A stretch of 51,277 nucleotides of DNA, taken from positions 1-51,277 of the forward strand of contig JAVHPP010000040.1 in NCBI GenBank assembly GCA_036170655.1. The letters are read 5' to 3'. This DNA comes from Candidatus Zixiibacteriota bacterium. Lineage in GTDB: Bacteria > Zixibacteria > MSB-5A5 > WJJR01. The notes under the pieces are model-generated. The model was not told the origin of the DNA and did not search any database. It saw only the letters and a program-made list of their open reading frames with translations. Positions within the stretch are counted from its first letter, which is position 1. Each line of letters starts with the position of its first letter. Below, piece after piece: positions 9,300 through 18,381 of this stretch. The translations under genes were made by a program, and so were the position numbers.

Positions 9300-10733
9300 A
9301 TGACGGCGACAGAGGTGGGAATACGCGCATTGGACCGTGAAGCGACCTCGCTAAATCTGCGCGACGAGTTGATCGGGATCGATGCATTGGTGCCAGTGCT
9401 CGGTGGCCAGCAGGTACAGTATGTGAACTTCGACAACGCCGCTTCGACCCCGACCTTCCGTCGCATCGCTGCGAAGGTCGATGAGTTTCTCAACTGGTAC
9501 GCCAATGTTCATCGCGGGACCGGGTTCAAGTCGCAGTTGTCCTCTTGGGTGTTCGAGCGGGCGCGCGAGCGGATTGCCAATTTCGTCAAGGCTGACCTGA
9601 ACGAGCATATCGTGATCTTCACCAAGAATGCGACGGAGGCGATCAACAAGCTGGCGCACCGTCTGACCTTCGGGCCGGACGATGTTATTCTGACGTCGCT
9701 GATGGAGCATCACTCGAACGAGCTTCCCTGGCGGCGCGTGGCGCATATCGAGCACATTGGACTGGAGAGTGATGGCCGGCTGTCCGAGGCTGATTTCGCG
9801 GAGAAGCTGCACCGGCTGGGGCGGCGGATCCGGCTCGTGGCAGTCACCGGCGCATCGAATGTGACGGGATATATCAACGAGCTGTCTGTCTTTGCGAAGG
9901 GGGCCCATTCCGTGGGCGCCGAGTTTCTCGTGGATGCCGCCCAGCTTGCGCCCCACCGCCCTATTCGCATGGGGCGCAGTTCTGATCCGCAACACATCGA
10001 CTATCTGGTTTTTTCCGCGCACAAAATGTACGCGCCCTATGGTGTGGGTATTCTCGTGGGTGAGCGGCGGACTTTCGAGCAGGGGGACCCGGACACGGTC
10101 GGGGGCGGGATGGTAGACATCGTCAACTTGGAAGAGGCCTACTGGGCTGACCTGCCGGAGAAAGAAGAGGCGGGAACCCCCGACATTGTTGGCGTGGTCG
10201 CGCTGGCCAAGGCGATTGATCTGTATGCCGAGCTGGGGTGGCCGCGCATCATCCAGCATGAGGCCGATCTGACGGCCCATGCCTTGCGACGTCTGTCTGG
10301 GATCCCTAAGGTTCGCGTCTTCGGCGACAGCGATCCCGCGAATGCCGCCCAACGGCTGGGCGTGATTTCGTTCTCTGTGGCCGGTGTGCCGCACAGCCTC
10401 GTGGCGGCGATCTTGAACTACGAATACGGGATCGGCGTGCGCTCGGGATGTTTCTGCGCGCACACGTATGTCAAGTGCCTGCTGGGCGTCGGCGGCGCCG
10501 AAGCGAAGGAAATGGAACGCGAGATTCTCGCCCGCGACCGGTCACACCTACCGGGCACCGTTCGCATCAGCTTCGGGCTGTACAATTCGTTAGAGGAGAT
10601 CGACCGGCTTGCGGACGCGCTGACCAAGATCGCAGCGGGGCAGATTCAGGGAGAGTATCTTCTCAATAGTGAACGTGGTGAATATGTCCCCCGTGGGTAC
10701 GATCCGGACTTCTCCTCGTATTTCCGGTTGTGA
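9300..10733 (+). CDS. Class-V aminotransferase-fold PLP enzyme (cysteine desulfurase / selenocysteine lyase-like)
   Basis: The PLP-lysine motif is SAHKMYAPYGVGIL, the N-terminal motif is NFDNAASTP..ANVHRG, and the active-site Cys loop is VRSGCFCAHTY. ATG 9300 has a GGAGGA 7 nt upstream. The longer ORF start at 9225 lies inside the REP element. Confidence 0.8.
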   Translation: MTATEVGIRALDREATSLNLRDELIGIDALVPVLGGQQVQYVNFDNAASTPTFRRIAAKVDEFLNWYANVHRGTGFKSQLSSWVFERARERIANFVKADLNEHIVIFTKNATEAINKLAHRLTFGPDDVILTSLMEHHSNELPWRRVAHIEHIGLESDGRLSEADFAEKLHRLGRRIRLVAVTGASNVTGYINELSVFAKGAHSVGAEFLVDAAQLAPHRPIRMGRSSDPQHIDYLVFSAHKMYAPYGVGILVGERRTFEQGDPDTVGGGMVDIVNLEEAYWADLPEKEEAGTPDIVGVVALAKAIDLYAELGWPRIIQHEADLTAHALRRLSGIPKVRVFGDSDPANAAQRLGVISFSVAGVPHSLVAAILNYEYGIGVRSGCFCAHTYVKCLLGVGGAEAKEMEREILARDRSHLPGTVRISFGLYNSLEEIDRLADALTKIAAGQIQGEYLLNSERGEYVPRGYDPDFSSYFRL

Positions 10734-11668
10734 GGCGTGATGTCCGTCCGGCGGCCTCAGGCGTTACCGGCCGCGTCTGCCTGTTTCTGATGGCACTGGA
10801 GACTACACAGGCCCTCACGATCGACGTTGAGGGATTCGCCGAGTCCCACGCCGAGAGTGTGGCGGTGGACCCGTCGCTTCTGGAGCCGTCGGTCAGCGAC
10901 CGCGAAATCGCGCAGAATCTCGATGTCGTGCTGGCGTTGCTTGACGAGTGGGGTTGCAAGGCCACGTTCTTCTTCTTGGGGCGGATTGCGGTCACCGCGC
11001 CGGAGTTGGTCCGGGGCGTGGCATCGCATGGTCATGAAATCGGATGTCATTCGCTGCGTCATTTGCGAATCAGCGGTCAGTCGCCCGATGTCTTCCGGGC
11101 GCATCTGGTTGAGGCAAGGTCGCGTCTCGAAGACGCCGGCGGCCGGGAAGTCATCGGGTTTCGCGCGCCGGACTTTTCCATCGGAGACGGAAACCGCTGG
11201 GCGCTCGACGCGTTGGCCGCCTGTGGGTTCCAATATGATTCCAGCATTGTCCCCACGCAGTTGCATGATGTGTATGGGATGATGGATGTCCCGGAACAAC
11301 CTTTCCGCTGGCCCAACGGATTGGTGGAGTTTCCGCTCCCGGTCGTGCACGTTCTTGGGCTCTCTCTTCCCATTGGTGGAGGAGGATACTTCCGGCTATA
11401 CCCGCTCACGCTGACTTTGTCTTTTTATCGCAAACAGGCCCGCCGCGGGCGGCCTGCTGCTTTCTATATCCATCCGTACGAAATCGGTTTGGCGTCGCCC
11501 CGTCTGCCGGGGCTAACCTTCGCGCGGCGATTCCGCCATTATGTGCGTCTTCGGCAGGGACGGGAGCGGCTCGGACGGCTCTTGAAATCCGTACCTTTTG
11601 GCACGATGTCTGGTGTTCTGGCTCAGGCGGGATACCTGCCGGAAACGCTGAAGGAAGAAAAGACTTGA
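10730..11668 (+). CDS. Polysaccharide deacetylase (NodB fold) with a DUF3473 C-terminal domain, EPS-locus type
   Basis: Motifs seen are TIDVEGF, ATFFFLG, HGHEIGCHSLRH and the C-terminal GGGYFRLYP..FYIHPYE. The GTG at 10730 overlaps the upstream TGA; an alternative ATG lies at 10790. Confidence 0.75.
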   Translation: MRRDVRPAASGVTGRVCLFLMALETTQALTIDVEGFAESHAESVAVDPSLLEPSVSDREIAQNLDVVLALLDEWGCKATFFFLGRIAVTAPELVRGVASHGHEIGCHSLRHLRISGQSPDVFRAHLVEARSRLEDAGGREVIGFRAPDFSIGDGNRWALDALAACGFQYDSSIVPTQLHDVYGMMDVPEQPFRWPNGLVEFPLPVVHVLGLSLPIGGGGYFRLYPLTLTLSFYRKQARRGRPAAFYIHPYEIGLASPRLPGLTFARRFRHYVRLRQGRERLGRLLKSVPFGTMSGVLAQAGYLPETLKEEKT

Positions 11669-12375
11669 CCAACGGATCAGGCAAAGCCGCCCATGATGGT
11701 GTTCGGCCATACTTCGAGCGCACGGCGGAGGACTTCGACCGTCTGTATGCCGAGGAACGCCAGAACGCGCTCATGCGCTGGCTGAATGGGCGTTTTCGGC
11801 GCGACATCGCCGAGCGATTCTTGCTTACGATGGAACACGCGCGCGCGACGGCGCCGAACAGTGTGCTGGATGTCGGCTGCGGCTCAGGGCGGTATCTGGC
11901 CGCGTTGTCGCAATTGGGCATCAGGCGCCTGGTTGGCATCGATCTGTCGGCCAACATGCTGGAGCTGGCGAAAGCACAGGTGTGTGATACCGGTGCTGAG
12001 GTTGAGCTGATTGCCGGGGATCTGGCGGATTGGTCAACTGATGAACGATTCGATCTCGTTATTGCCATGGGGTTGTTTGACTATGCTGGTGATCCTCTGG
12101 CCTTTCTCAAGAAGATGAGAACGCTCTGCCGTCATTCGGCCATCGCGTCGTTTCCCAGCAGGCACTGGTTTCGCACGCCGCTCCGGAAGTTTCGGTACCG
12201 ATGGAGGCGATGTCCGGTCGAGTTCTTCCGTGCGGATCAAGTTGAACATCTCGGGCGGGATGCGGGCTTTGCGCGTGTGGAATTGAGGAAGATTCCCGGC
12301 GCGGGGATGGATTTCGTCGCGACATTCTGGGTTCGATCGGCTGAGACCGACTCCCTCACCCCTCTTGTTTCTTGA
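11665..12375 (+). CDS. Class I SAM-dependent methyltransferase
   Basis: Motif I is VLDVGCGSGRY and the post-I/II region reads LVGIDLS..DLVIAMGLFDY. The TTG start overlaps the upstream stop, so the start is uncertain. Confidence 0.7.
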   Translation: MTNGSGKAAHDGVRPYFERTAEDFDRLYAEERQNALMRWLNGRFRRDIAERFLLTMEHARATAPNSVLDVGCGSGRYLAALSQLGIRRLVGIDLSANMLELAKAQVCDTGAEVELIAGDLADWSTDERFDLVIAMGLFDYAGDPLAFLKKMRTLCRHSAIASFPSRHWFRTPLRKFRYRWRRCPVEFFRADQVEHLGRDAGFARVELRKIPGAGMDFVATFWVRSAETDSLTPLVS

Positions 12376-13825
12376 AGATCATACAGTCCGGTACGGGGAG
12401 GTGTGCCACGAGCTGGTAGCCCCCGAAAGTTCGCCCGACTGCCTGCCCCTCCAATCCCAGCCGAATGAGATTGTCATGATCGAGAATGATTGTGGGAATA
12501 TGCTCCGCGTCCGCGTAGGCGGTCACGTTTTCCATGTCAAACCGGCGTGATGCGTCCTGTGTAATTGTCAGTTCAGCCGCCAGCAGGGCGCGAACACGGA
12601 AGTGCTGAATCTCATCGAAGATAAAATCCATGGGGGCAAGCACGGCAGTTCCGGGCGGCACATAAGCTGCCATCTGACGACTTTCTGCGGCGACGTCCCG
12701 TTTGCCTGTGGTGGCGTTCAGCGCGTCGGCGGCCAGACCGTGAATGATGAACGCGCTCCAGAGCGAGACAGCGAGGATTGACACGGCGCGGGGGTAACGC
12801 CGCCGGTCATGCCACCACATCGCAGTGGCCCGGGCGACCACGACCGCGAAGACCGGCAGCAATGCAATCGCATAGGGTGTCGTCTTTGCCTGACCGATGG
12901 CGCCAAGTGTAACAATCAGCGCTATTGCGTAGAAGACCTGTGCGCGCCCTCTCCTTCCAGCATAATGCCAATAGTATCCAGCAGACCCGAAGAAGAGGGC
13001 TGATGAGAATATGATCTCCGGCTTGCGAAAAAGACGCTTGTGTTCATTCAGCAGGCGCCAGAAGGGCGCATCCCAGTGAAAATCGTCAGGAGTCAGGGAT
13101 GGGACACTGGCAAACTGATGGAGAAATAGGTCCCAGTGACCAACGACATCGGCGAAGTAAAATGCAGATACAAGCAGGGAGAGAAACACAAAACCGGCAG
13201 CGCTCCGGAATCGTCGTTCATATAGAAGAACGGCGAGTCCGGCGACAACGAACATCAAGCCGTTGAGATGAACCAGGACGGCGGCGCCCGCGGTTATCGC
13301 TGCCAGAATCAGGTGGCCGCGTCCTTTGTCCTCCAGTGCGCGCGAAAGGCAGTAGAAGGATCCGAAGCCGAAAGCGGCCAGCATGACCTCGGGTCGGTAG
13401 AGATTGATAAATTTGAAAAAGAGCGGGCTGGCCGCCAAGAACAGGATTGCGAGGAGCGTGCCGAATTCAGTGTCCCTTTTGTCAGTCGTGCGCATGTGCC
13501 GAACGAGGAGCATCAACGTCACTGTGCCGGCGGCCAACGATAGAAGGCGGAGTTGCCAGACACCCCAGCCGAATGCGGCAACGGCCGTTGCACCCAAGAC
13601 GATGAAGAGTTTGTGAGTGACCAGAACCATCTGTTCTTGGCCGGCAAATCCGCGAAACAACTCGGAGCGACAGACCCCCTCGTGCCGGAGAAAGTAGGCC
13701 TGCTCGCCCAACCAGGCCTCGTCTCCATGCAATCGCTGGCGGGGAATACTGACGATCAGCAGACCAAGTTGCACCGCGAGAATCACAAGGAGGATGATCG
13801 CAAATCGTCGGGATGCCAGTTGCAT
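12356..13825 (-). CDS. GT-C fold (GT39/ArnT-like) polytopic membrane glycosyltransferase
   Basis: There are about 12 predicted hydrophobic helices, the N-terminal loop reads RLHGDEAWLGEQAYF, and a C-terminal soluble domain is present. Its 3' end overlaps the convergent methyltransferase by 20 nt. Confidence 0.6.
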   Translation of the reverse strand: MQLASRRFAIILLVILAVQLGLLIVSIPRQRLHGDEAWLGEQAYFLRHEGVCRSELFRGFAGQEQMVLVTHKLFIVLGATAVAAFGWGVWQLRLLSLAAGTVTLMLLVRHMRTTDKRDTEFGTLLAILFLAASPLFFKFINLYRPEVMLAAFGFGSFYCLSRALEDKGRGHLILAAITAGAAVLVHLNGLMFVVAGLAVLLYERRFRSAAGFVFLSLLVSAFYFADVVGHWDLFLHQFASVPSLTPDDFHWDAPFWRLLNEHKRLFRKPEIIFSSALFFGSAGYYWHYAGRRGRAQVFYAIALIVTLGAIGQAKTTPYAIALLPVFAVVVARATAMWWHDRRRYPRAVSILAVSLWSAFIIHGLAADALNATTGKRDVAAESRQMAAYVPPGTAVLAPMDFIFDEIQHFRVRALLAAELTITQDASRRFDMENVTAYADAEHIPTIILDHDNLIRLGLEGQAVGRTFGGYQLVAHLPVPDCMIFKKQEG

Positions 13826-13994
13826 GGACCGCTTTCAACGCTGGGACGATAGACACCGAAGATAAGCCGTTTGTGCAACGGCGGCAATAGCGTACCAGAC
13901 GAGGCCTGAACAGTTGCTTCTGCCGTGCGGGAGGTTTCCTCTGCGACATGGGTGCAATGTCCAATGAAGGTCAGGCCAGTCCGTATAAATCCCG

Positions 13995-15158
13995 ATGGCC
14001 ATGCCTCCCGATCAATTGCGCCGCTGGGCACGGCAGATTCGTCTCCCGCAAATCGGAGTTGAGGGTCAGGAGAAGCTCGCTGACGCCAGAGTTGCCATCG
14101 TGGGAGTGGGCGGGCTGGGATGCCCGGCTGCGTTGTATCTCGCGGCTGCTGGTGTTGGGACGCTGGGGTTGATCGATGATGACGAAGTCGATTTGACCAA
14201 CATCCAGCGACAGGTGCTCTTCGACGAGAGCGACGTGGGACAGAGCAAGGTCCGGGTGGCGGGCGCGCGACTTTCCCGGTTGAATGCGCGTCTTGAAGTG
14301 GTGAGTCACCCGGCGCGGCTGACGGCGGCCAACGCAATCGACCTGCTTTCCGGATATGATATTGTCGTCGATGGGAACGACAACTTCCCCACACGGTACG
14401 CAGTCAACGATGCCTGTGTGCTTCTGAGCATACCGAATGTATATGGCAGTGTTCTCCAGTTCGAAGGGCGCGCATCGCTGTTTGTCCCGGGCCGAGGCCC
14501 CTGTTACCGTTGCCTTTATACCGAGCCGCCGTCTCCGGGCGTTGTGCCGAACTGTGCCGGGGCGGGGGTATTGGGTGTCTTGCCGGGAGTCATCGGCAGC
14601 ATCCAGGCGGCGGAGGCCATCAAATGGATCTGTGGGATCGGAGACCCCTTGATCGGCCGACTGCTTGTTGTGGACATTCTGGCCATGTCCTTCGAGGAGT
14701 ACGCTATCGCACGAAATCCCAATTGCGCGCTCTGCGGCGATCATCCAACGATCATGGCGCCGGTGCCCTACAAGGATGCGTGCTTGGAACCTGTCGGTGA
14801 TCTGTCATCAAGGGGAGATGATTACGATTTGGCCGATCGCATTACGCCGCGTGCGGCCCACAGGCGTCTGCTGTTGGGTGAGCCGCTTTTTGTGCTCGAT
14901 GTGCGGGAGCCGGTCGAGTTTGCCATGGCGCCGTTGATGCCGTCCACTTTGATTCCTCTGGGAGAGTTGGTCCAACGGTGCGAGAGAGAACTCGGAGGAC
15001 GGCGCCACGAAGAGATCATCGTTATGTGTCATCATGGTATCCGCTCGGCGATTGCGGCCGGCTGGCTCCGCGACCAGGGATTCACGCGAGTGAAAAACCT
15101 CGACGGCGGCATTGACCGTTGGGCGACGGAAGTCGATCCCGCTATTCCTCGTTACTGA
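13995..15158 (+). CDS. moeB: MoeB/MoeZ-type adenylyltransferase (ThiF family) fused to a C-terminal rhodanese domain
   Basis: The protein reads RQIRLPQIG..VAIVGVGGLGCPAALYLAAAGVG..DLTNIQRQ. The zinc cysteines are CYRC and PNCAGAGVLG. The rhodanese active-site loop is MCHHGIRS. Confidence 0.9.
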   Translation: MAMPPDQLRRWARQIRLPQIGVEGQEKLADARVAIVGVGGLGCPAALYLAAAGVGTLGLIDDDEVDLTNIQRQVLFDESDVGQSKVRVAGARLSRLNARLEVVSHPARLTAANAIDLLSGYDIVVDGNDNFPTRYAVNDACVLLSIPNVYGSVLQFEGRASLFVPGRGPCYRCLYTEPPSPGVVPNCAGAGVLGVLPGVIGSIQAAEAIKWICGIGDPLIGRLLVVDILAMSFEEYAIARNPNCALCGDHPTIMAPVPYKDACLEPVGDLSSRGDDYDLADRITPRAAHRRLLLGEPLFVLDVREPVEFAMAPLMPSTLIPLGELVQRCERELGGRRHEEIIVMCHHGIRSAIAAGWLRDQGFTRVKNLDGGIDRWATEVDPAIPRY

Positions 15159-15159
15159 G

Positions 15160-15402
15160 ATGGCAGTCACTGTTAAGCTCTTCGCGGTTTATCGTGATCT
15201 TCTCGGATGTTCTGAGTTGGAAGTCGATTTGCCGGCTCAGTGCACGGTGTCCGATGCGTTTGACCAGGTTGTGGGCGGGCATGCCAGTTCTCAACTGCGC
15301 CAAATCACGATGTTTGCCATCAATGAACGGTATGTGCCTGCCGAGACAGTGGTGAACGACGGCGACCGTATCGCGTTTATTCCCCCGGTGTCGGGAGGAT
15401 AG
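15160..15402 (+). CDS. moaD: Molybdopterin synthase sulfur-carrier subunit MoaD
   Basis: This 80-aa ubiquitin-fold protein ends in PPVSGG. The ATG lies 1 nt after the moeB stop. Confidence 0.85.
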   Translation: MAVTVKLFAVYRDLLGCSELEVDLPAQCTVSDAFDQVVGGHASSQLRQITMFAINERYVPAETVVNDGDRIAFIPPVSGG

Positions 15403-15403
15403 C

Positions 15404-15835
15404 TTGATTGACGAGCCACATATCGTGATTCGTCCCGATCCTTTCACGGTTGCCGAGATCGAGTTGATGGTTGCCGACCCGGCCAACGGAGCCATTTGTT
15501 CATTCTCTGGCCTCGTGCGCGACCACTCGCACGACAGGCCGGTGATTGCTCTGGAATACGATGCCTACATCCCGATGGCGGAGCAAATCATGCGTGAGAT
15601 TGCCATGGACATTGGCCACGAGTTTTCCATCAACCGTCTGGCTATGGTTCATCGTATCGGGACAATGCAGATCGGAGAACTCGTCGTGGTCGTGTCCGCC
15701 GGGGCCGCGCACCGTGCGGCGGCATTCCAAGCGGCGCAGGCTGGAATTGACCGCCTGAAGAAGACGGCGCCGATCTGGAAGAAGGAACACTTCGCCGATG
15801 GTTCTGAGTGGGTGGGTGCAACACGGGAAGGATAG
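15404..15835 (+). CDS. moaE: Molybdopterin synthase catalytic subunit MoaE
   Basis: Motifs are FSGLVRDHS..LEYDAY..HRIG..GE.VVVVSAGAAHRAAAF.A...IDRLKKTAPIWKKE. The TTG start lies 1 nt after the moaD stop. Confidence 0.85.
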   Translation: MIDEPHIVIRPDPFTVAEIELMVADPANGAICSFSGLVRDHSHDRPVIALEYDAYIPMAEQIMREIAMDIGHEFSINRLAMVHRIGTMQIGELVVVVSAGAAHRAAAFQAAQAGIDRLKKTAPIWKKEHFADGSEWVGATREG

Positions 15836-15957
15836 GAGCGTCCTGTGGCCGACCAAGCGGCCGGCAATGGACGGGGTGGGCATGATAGACGTTATGGATG
15901 CACAGAAATGATTCGCCGGCACGGAGTGTTTCTGCTCAACAACTGGGCATGTGCTGA

Positions 15958-16773
15958 CTACGGAGTAATGTCGGTGGACAATTCTCTAGAATCTGTCCGG
16001 CGTGCCAGAATGAGCGTGTTTTCGGCGCTGTGCTCGATCGTTCCGTTTCCCAGACTCTTCAGGCGTTCGGCAAAAACATCGATGGCTTGGGCAAATTCGT
16101 CGGGCGGATAGAGGGCGAAAGTCGAGTAGTGGAAATTCCGCGCGCGTTCGAGGAGCGACTCGCGGGATTCAGTGCGGCGATGAGTAATTTCGCGCACGTC
16201 TTCGAGGTGCAGCGCGGCCAGGCGGGTGATGGCGTCTTGCAGACGCACACGCGGACAGAGCCGTGTCTCGCGCGCGGCGAAACCGGGAAAGTGCTGTCCC
16301 CAGACAGTCCGCATATTTTGTTCCGGCGTACGCGTGTAAATCGCCAGGAGACCACCGGGTCGCAGAATCCGGGCGCTCTCGGCGATAAATTGATCGAGTT
16401 GAAAGTGGTGGATGGCGTTGAAAGTCACGACACCATCGAGCGAGCCGTTGCGGAAGGGCATGTGGTCGGCGCGCAGACGGCAGAAACGGAACGGTTTTGT
16501 CGGATAGTCCTCGCCCATCCGATCATGACACTGACTCAGCATCGCTCCCGAATAGTCACAGCACAATAGGCGCAGATACCCATTGAGTCGGGCGGCAATC
16601 AAGTCGGAGTAACGCCCGGTGCCGCAGCCCACATCAGCGACGTCGAGCGGATGGCGGTTCTGCGGGAGATGAGTGATGATCGACTCGACGACGTCGGGGT
16701 CGGTGTTACGGAATCGGTCGTACACCGATGCGACGCGCGCAAAATGACGCTGAGCGCCTTTCATATTCCCCAT
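15958..16773 (-). CDS. Class I SAM-dependent methyltransferase
   Basis: Motif I is VADVGCGTGRYS, and VVTFNAIHHF and LRPGGLLAIY are also present. Confidence 0.7.
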   Translation of the reverse strand: MGNMKGAQRHFARVASVYDRFRNTDPDVVESIITHLPQNRHPLDVADVGCGTGRYSDLIAARLNGYLRLLCCDYSGAMLSQCHDRMGEDYPTKPFRFCRLRADHMPFRNGSLDGVVTFNAIHHFQLDQFIAESARILRPGGLLAIYTRTPEQNMRTVWGQHFPGFAARETRLCPRVRLQDAITRLAALHLEDVREITHRRTESRESLLERARNFHYSTFALYPPDEFAQAIDVFAERLKSLGNGTIEHSAENTLILARRTDSRELSTDITP

Positions 16774-16826
16774 GTCACAGCCTCAACCGAACGTGCCGAA
16801 CGGTAATACTTGCAGAACCCATGCCC

Positions 16827-16855
16827 AATATACTAAGTCCGATCCAATTTGTCAA
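16827..16855 (-). promoter_or_regulatory. Candidate sigma-70 promoter of the 15958-16773 methyltransferase gene
   Basis: The minus strand reads TTGACA (16855-16850), 17 nt, TATATT (16832-16827), about 50 nt upstream of the ATG at 16773. Confidence 0.5.
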
Positions 16856-17254
16856 GAAAACGGACTAACCCTCTTTGGCGCTTGAGGATCTGATTTTGGC
16901 GGGGCCGGTTTTCGGATCGAGCCGTAATATGGAGGCGTTCTTGTGTGCAACGAGACGACACAGTTGTGCAGCGACGGGGTCCTGCCGGAGAACGTGACTG
17001 TTGCCGGTCGAAAAAACGAGAAGCGATACCGGGCTGGCATCCATCGCGGGGCGGAGGCGTGGAGAGCGGGCACGGGGCTTTAAGCCCCTTGTCCGCCCCA
17101 CAGGCGGGTGGTCACCGACATGCAAATTGTGCATTCGCGCTCGCCCGGGATGTCTTCCACACACCAATCAACATCGCGGTCGCGGCGCGTTCCCGCACGA
17201 TCGCAAGCGTTTCCGGGTATGAACGGAGCAATCTGGCGTGGGAGCGCGGCTCGC

Positions 17255-18349
17255 TTACCGCAGTCGCCGACGGCGGTTGTGCAAGAAGTCCCAGAAAATG
17301 TACCCGCCCAAACGGTCGGGGGGAGTGAAGTAAGCGCGTCCGTGGTTCAGTTCCGTCAGCTTACGGACAAATTGCTGCAGGTAGGGATCGGATGTAACCA
17401 TGAATGTGGTGATCGTGATCTTCTTCTTGCGGCAGATCACGGCTTCATCGAGTGTGCGATTGACAATCATGGGGTCGAGACCGGCCGGATTCTTGTAGAG
17501 TTGGCCATTGGCGCGGCGGATCACTGACGGTTTGCCATCGGTAATCATGAATATCTGCTTGTTGTGATGTTTGCGGTGGAGAAGGATCTGACGCGCAAGG
17601 CGCAAGCCGGCCTGCGTGTTGGTGTGATACGGACCAACACCGACATAGGCCAGATCGGCCACCTTGATCTCGGCGGCGTCATCGCCGAAGACAACCACGT
17701 TGAGCGCGTCCTTCGGATAACGTGTCAGGATCATCTCGGCGAAGGCCATGGCGACCTGTTTGGCCGGGGTGATGCGGTCCTCTCCGTAAAGGATCATCGA
17801 ATGCGAAATGTCCAGCAGCAGAACTGTTGCACAGGAGGTGGCGGCCTCGGTCTGGCGCACGGAGAGATCCGGTTCGGTCAGGGCTAGATCGCCGGGCCCG
17901 GTCCGGCGCATGGCATTCGTGAACGACTCGTTGAAATCGATGTCGGCTGCGGCGTCGCCGAAGGCGTACGATCGCCGCTCCGGCAGCGGTTCGAGAGTCC
18001 CGGCTCCTTCACGTGGGATGGGGTGATTGCCGCGCGCATCCGACTTCAGTGAACTGAACACCTGGTCGAGAGACGCCTGGCGAATCTGTTTTTCTCCCTT
18101 GGGGGTCAGCGCCAAGCGGTCGCCCTCCTCCCGGATGATTCGGTCTTCTTTGAGTTTCTTTTCAAAGTCTCCCAAGTCCACATTGGCCGACAGGATCCCC
18201 TGCTGCTGGAGATAGCGCATCCAGCGAAGCGCCTCTTCGACATCGCCGTTTGTTTGCAAGAGGAGATGGTTGAACAAGCGCATGAGATCGCGCTCCGCCA
18301 GGAGCCGGCGGATCAGGTCTTCGTCCCATTTGGTATAGCGGTATCTCAT
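17255..18349 (-). CDS. VWA domain protein (CoxE/ChlD-like partner of the upstream AAA+ ATPase)
   Basis: The MIDAS-type motif LLLDISHSM is present, and the C-terminal VWA core reads IFMITDGKPS. The gene starts 32 nt after the AAA+ gene. Confidence 0.7.
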   Translation of the reverse strand: MRYRYTKWDEDLIRRLLAERDLMRLFNHLLLQTNGDVEEALRWMRYLQQQGILSANVDLGDFEKKLKEDRIIREEGDRLALTPKGEKQIRQASLDQVFSSLKSDARGNHPIPREGAGTLEPLPERRSYAFGDAAADIDFNESFTNAMRRTGPGDLALTEPDLSVRQTEAATSCATVLLLDISHSMILYGEDRITPAKQVAMAFAEMILTRYPKDALNVVVFGDDAAEIKVADLAYVGVGPYHTNTQAGLRLARQILLHRKHHNKQIFMITDGKPSVIRRANGQLYKNPAGLDPMIVNRTLDEAVICRKKKITITTFMVTSDPYLQQFVRKLTELNHGRAYFTPPDRLGGYIFWDFLHNRRRRLR

Positions 18350-18381
18350 GCAGCGAATGTCGTTTCCATGTCACGCCAGGT

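Noticed and set aside
9052-9387. A 111-aa ORF, plus ORF 39919-40515 (198 aa)
   Set aside because: Both are translations of REP or palindromic repeats (..ARQEPRPP.., ..VIPAHAGIH..-type peptides), not genes.
12356-12375. The 20-nt overlap of convergent genes as a sign of a mis-called ORF
   Set aside because: Both ORFs have family-typical sequence up to their ends, and short convergent overlaps are common. There is no evidence of a frameshift.
13995-15835. E1-like (ThiF) plus ubiquitin-like GG protein as a bacterial Ubl-conjugation or defence module
   Set aside because: The third gene is a canonical MoaE, and no JAB, E2 or effector genes are present. The set is the ordinary molybdopterin synthase plus its activating enzyme.
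17070-17095. The hairpin GGGGCTTTAAGCCCC looked like an anticodon arm (UUA or UAA anticodon, suppressor-like).
   Set aside because: It forms either a 5-bp stem with a 5-nt loop or only a 4-bp stem with a 7-nt loop. No T arm with a TTC loop, D arm or acceptor stem lies nearby, so it is not a tRNA.
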